From Basidiobolus meristosporus CBS 931.73 (taxonomy: Eukaryota > Fungi > Basidiobolomycota): a stretch of DNA of 64,000 nt. Below, piece after piece: positions 60,927-64,000 of the stretch (its first letter is position 1; each line of letters begins with the position of its first letter). The notes below the pieces were generated by a model. That model saw only the letters and a program-made list of their open reading frames with translations. It searched no databases and was not told the DNA's origin. Location of the stretch: NCBI GenBank assembly GCA_002104905.1, contig MCFE01000480.1, forward strand, positions 4,315 to 68,314. Reading direction: 5' to 3'. Position numbers and translations under genes: made by a program.

Positions 60927-63900
60927 TGTTGTAAGAGTCTTGGAGATATTGGAAGTGATTTGGAGAACAAGTAGATTATGTAGTTTTCACTTAATGATTT
61001 ATTGAATGTAAAAGTAGTATTTATACTTTTACATGGTCTTGGCATTACAAACACGTAGAATAGGTTAAGGAAGGTCCCAAGAACATGTGTGCAAAGTTTG
61101 GGGCTGTTTGGACAACTTTGAGAATTTTCATGTTCTGGGTACCTGGTATTTTGGTGAAAATATTCTAAGTAAATCCCAACAAAGAATTTGGTCAGTATTC
61201 TCTAGGATTTGAAGGTGGTGATCTAAGTGACTAAGTTAGGTGAATATTTAGGTGGAAAATACGAATTTTTACAACACTCCCACTCAGCTAAATGTTCATA
61301 CTGACTAGTCCTAATTTTGACCTAAGATATTCAAACTTGTCTCTAGCTAATGGTTTGGTAAATATGTCTGCAATCATCTCATCTGTAGGACAGTAAACTA
61401 AGCTAACTAAGTTATTCTCTATAGCTTCACGTATGAAATGATGTCTAATATCTATGTGCTTGGTTCTAGCATGAAAAGTTGGATTTCTACCTAATTGTAT
61501 ACATCCTTGATTATCTTGAAATAAAGTAATAGGCGTTTTTTGACATAGGCCTAAATCTGTAAAGAGCTTTCTTAACCACATTGCTTCTTTTGTAGCTTCA
61601 CAGGCTGCCATATACTCTGCCTCTGTAGTAGAAAGTGCTACGGTTGGTTGCTTTCTTGAATTCCATGAAATGGCTCCTTTACAGTAAAGAAAGGTGTATC
61701 CTGTGGTGGATCTTCTGTCTTCTAAATTTCGTCCCCAATCAGCATCAGAGTATCCCACAAGATCCTGTTCTGAATTCTTTTAAGTGTATCTTAAGCAGAT
61801 ATCAGCAGTTCCTTTTAGGTATCTAAAAATCCGCTTAACTGCTGCAATATGATCAGATCCATAATTCTGATTATGTTGGCTGACAACTCCCACTGAATAT
61901 GAGATATCTGGACATGTTCCAAGCATGATATACATCAGACTGCCGACCATAGATTGATAAGGAAAGTCAGGGCTTTCAGATGGCACCAAGCTCTCTTGAT
62001 TTGGTTGAGTTTTGACCAAGTTAAGGTTTGTCTCCATTGGGGTAGCTGCCAGTTTACAGTCTTCCATTTTGTACTTCTTTAGTACATCTTGAATATACTT
62101 GGATTGGCTTAGGGTAATAGTCTGGGTACTTCTGTCTATGGAGAACTTAATCCCTAAGTAGTAACTAAGTTCTCCTAGATTGGACATCTTGAACTCCTTA
62201 GATAGGCTGGATTTGGTCTCTTCCAATGTTTCTAGGTTATTGGCGGCTATAATAAGATCATCCACATATAGAGCTAATAGAACTGGATTTGCTCTATCTG
62301 GCTCATAGTATATACTATAGTCAGCATTACTCCTTTTGAAACTCAAAGATTCCAAATAAGAATCTATCTTGCAATTCCAGGCTCTCGGTGATTGTTTGAG
62401 ACCATATAGTGACTTTTTAAGCTTGCAGACCAAATGGGGGTTATCTTGGTCAACAAACCCATCAGGCTGGTTCATATACACGTCCTCATCAAGTTCTCCA
62501 TTCAAAAATGCAGTTTTTACATCCATTTGATGAATAAAAAACTTATATTTGGCTGCAATAGCCAATATTAATCTGATGGAATTAAACTTGGCTACCGGTG
62601 CAAAGGTCTCAGTATAGTCAAGTCCTTTTGTTTGAGAGTATCCTTTGGCTACAAGTCTTGCTTTGTATCTTTCAATTGTACCATCAGCCTTGTATTTTGT
62701 CTTGAAGACCCATCTGCATCCAATTGATTTCTGGTTGATTGGTAATTTGACTAAGTCCCAAGTTTGATTTTCCATCAGTGCCTGATATTCCTCAGTCATT
62801 GCAGATCTCCAAAACTTTGTCTGAGGGCTATTTAGGGCCTCTTTTACAGTCTGGGGTTCATCAACATGGACTGAATAGGCATAGGCTAAGTTTGTACCCT
62901 CATTGATATAGTAATTTGGGCTATTTCTTGTCCGATTGGATCTCCAGGCATTTGATACTGGAATGATCACTTCTGGGATATTCCTGGGCACTGATTCTGG
63001 CTGAACCACGGTTGTAGAGTCCTCTGGAGTGAAAAAATTTTCATTGTTTTGCTCTGATTCAATCCTGACAATTGGTGGACTTGAGATCAAATTTTCGTCA
63101 TCATCTGATGTCATTTTTTGTGAAAATTTTGAATTTTCATCAAACAATACATCCCTGGACTTGATAAGCTTCTTTGCTTTGGTATTGTAGAGTCTGTATG
63201 CCTTACTCTCATTGCAGTAGCCCAAAAATATGCATTTTACACTTTTTGGCTCAAATTTTGACTGATTTCCGGCCAGTTTTTTGGCATATGCTGTGCACCC
63301 AAATATTCTTAGATGTTCTGCACTTGGTCTGTATTCATACCATGCTTCAAATGGAGTAGAATCACGAAGTATTCTGTTATAACTCCTATTTTTAAGGTAT
63401 ACAGCAGTGGCAACTAATTCCGCCCAAAAATCATAGGATAATTTTTGATCATGGATCATAGATCTTGCCATATCAATTATTGATCTGTTAGCTCGTTCTG
63501 CTACTCCATTTTGCTGTGGGGGAGTATGGTACAGTAGTCTCTTGCTTTATCCCATGAATTTTGCAGAAGTGGATGAAGAGTTTTGAGGTATATTCTCCAC
63601 CATTGTCAGAGCGTATTTTCTTGATTTTTTCACCAGTTTCTCTCTGCACCATGGCTTTAAACTCCCTGAACTTAGACAGAGCTTCTTCCTTTCTCTCCAT
63701 GAAGTATATCCATGTGTATCTTGTATAATCATCAATAAAAGTGATTAAATACTTCATCCCGCCTAAGGATAAATTATGCATAGGTCCACACAGATCTGAG
63801 TGAATTAGATCTAATTTTTTCTTAGTTTTGATTAACCCAGAGCTCTTGAACAGTTGTCTGGCTTGTTTTCCATATATGCAGGCTTCACAGTGCTCCAAAA

Positions 63901-64000
63901 TAGCTGGGGGATTAAATTTCACTCCAGAAATTAGCTGATCTTTGATCATTTTACGCAAATAATCAAAATTGATGTGTCCAAATCTCCTGTGCCAAAGCAT
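60927..64000 (-). mobile_element. Young Ty1/Copia family A element (3' LTR 60927-61276; integrase-RT-RNaseH), continuing beyond the window
   Basis: 350-bp LTR TGTTGTAA..TTACAACA; PPT AGCTGAGTGGGAG; GAG-pre-integrase MLWHRRFGH, integrase HSDLCGP/IRSDNGGEY, RT QMDVKTAFLNG/LYGLKQSPR/LYVDDLII, RNaseH GYSDADWG. Only two lesions seen: an extra base in a homopolymer run at ~63518-63522 and an in-frame TAA at 61780-61782. Confidence 0.95.

Noticed and set aside
12550-64000. Classical ascomycete RIP as the cause of TE decay
   Set aside because: CA/TG dinucleotides are abundant and CG is the depleted one, which fits CpG methylation decay better; judged by eye, not computed.

Overview
Fungal (eukaryotic) genomic DNA with two sharply different halves. 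Bases 1-~12,500 are gene-dense and CpG-rich, with short GT-AG introns. They carry RPL37, CKS1, a DUF1749 alpha/beta-hydrolase, a Pho85-type (PCL-like) cyclin, a 53-codon F-box-only ORF below the ORF-track cut-off, and an intronless secreted dipeptidyl-peptidase V (S9). From ~12,550 to the end, the window is one CpG-depleted block of nested, mostly degenerate transposons. (i) A CACTA/EnSpm family with CCCTATGA termini and two head-to-head genes, repeatedly inserted into itself; one copy is complete at 26750-35030 with an ATA target-site duplication (TSD). (ii) A PIF/Harbinger-ISL2-type (DDE_Tnp_4) family with AGACTTGTTCC termini and 3-bp ANT-like TSDs, present as three coding copies plus 734-bp fold-back elements and a 211-bp MITE. 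(iii) Two Ty1/Copia families, including a nearly intact young copy at the right edge. (iv) A Ty3/Gypsy family. (v) An unclassified ~1.07-kb LTR-like insert. All boundaries were placed by eye; no database search or alignment program was run, and the taxonomic assignment (possibly an early-diverging fungus) is inference only.
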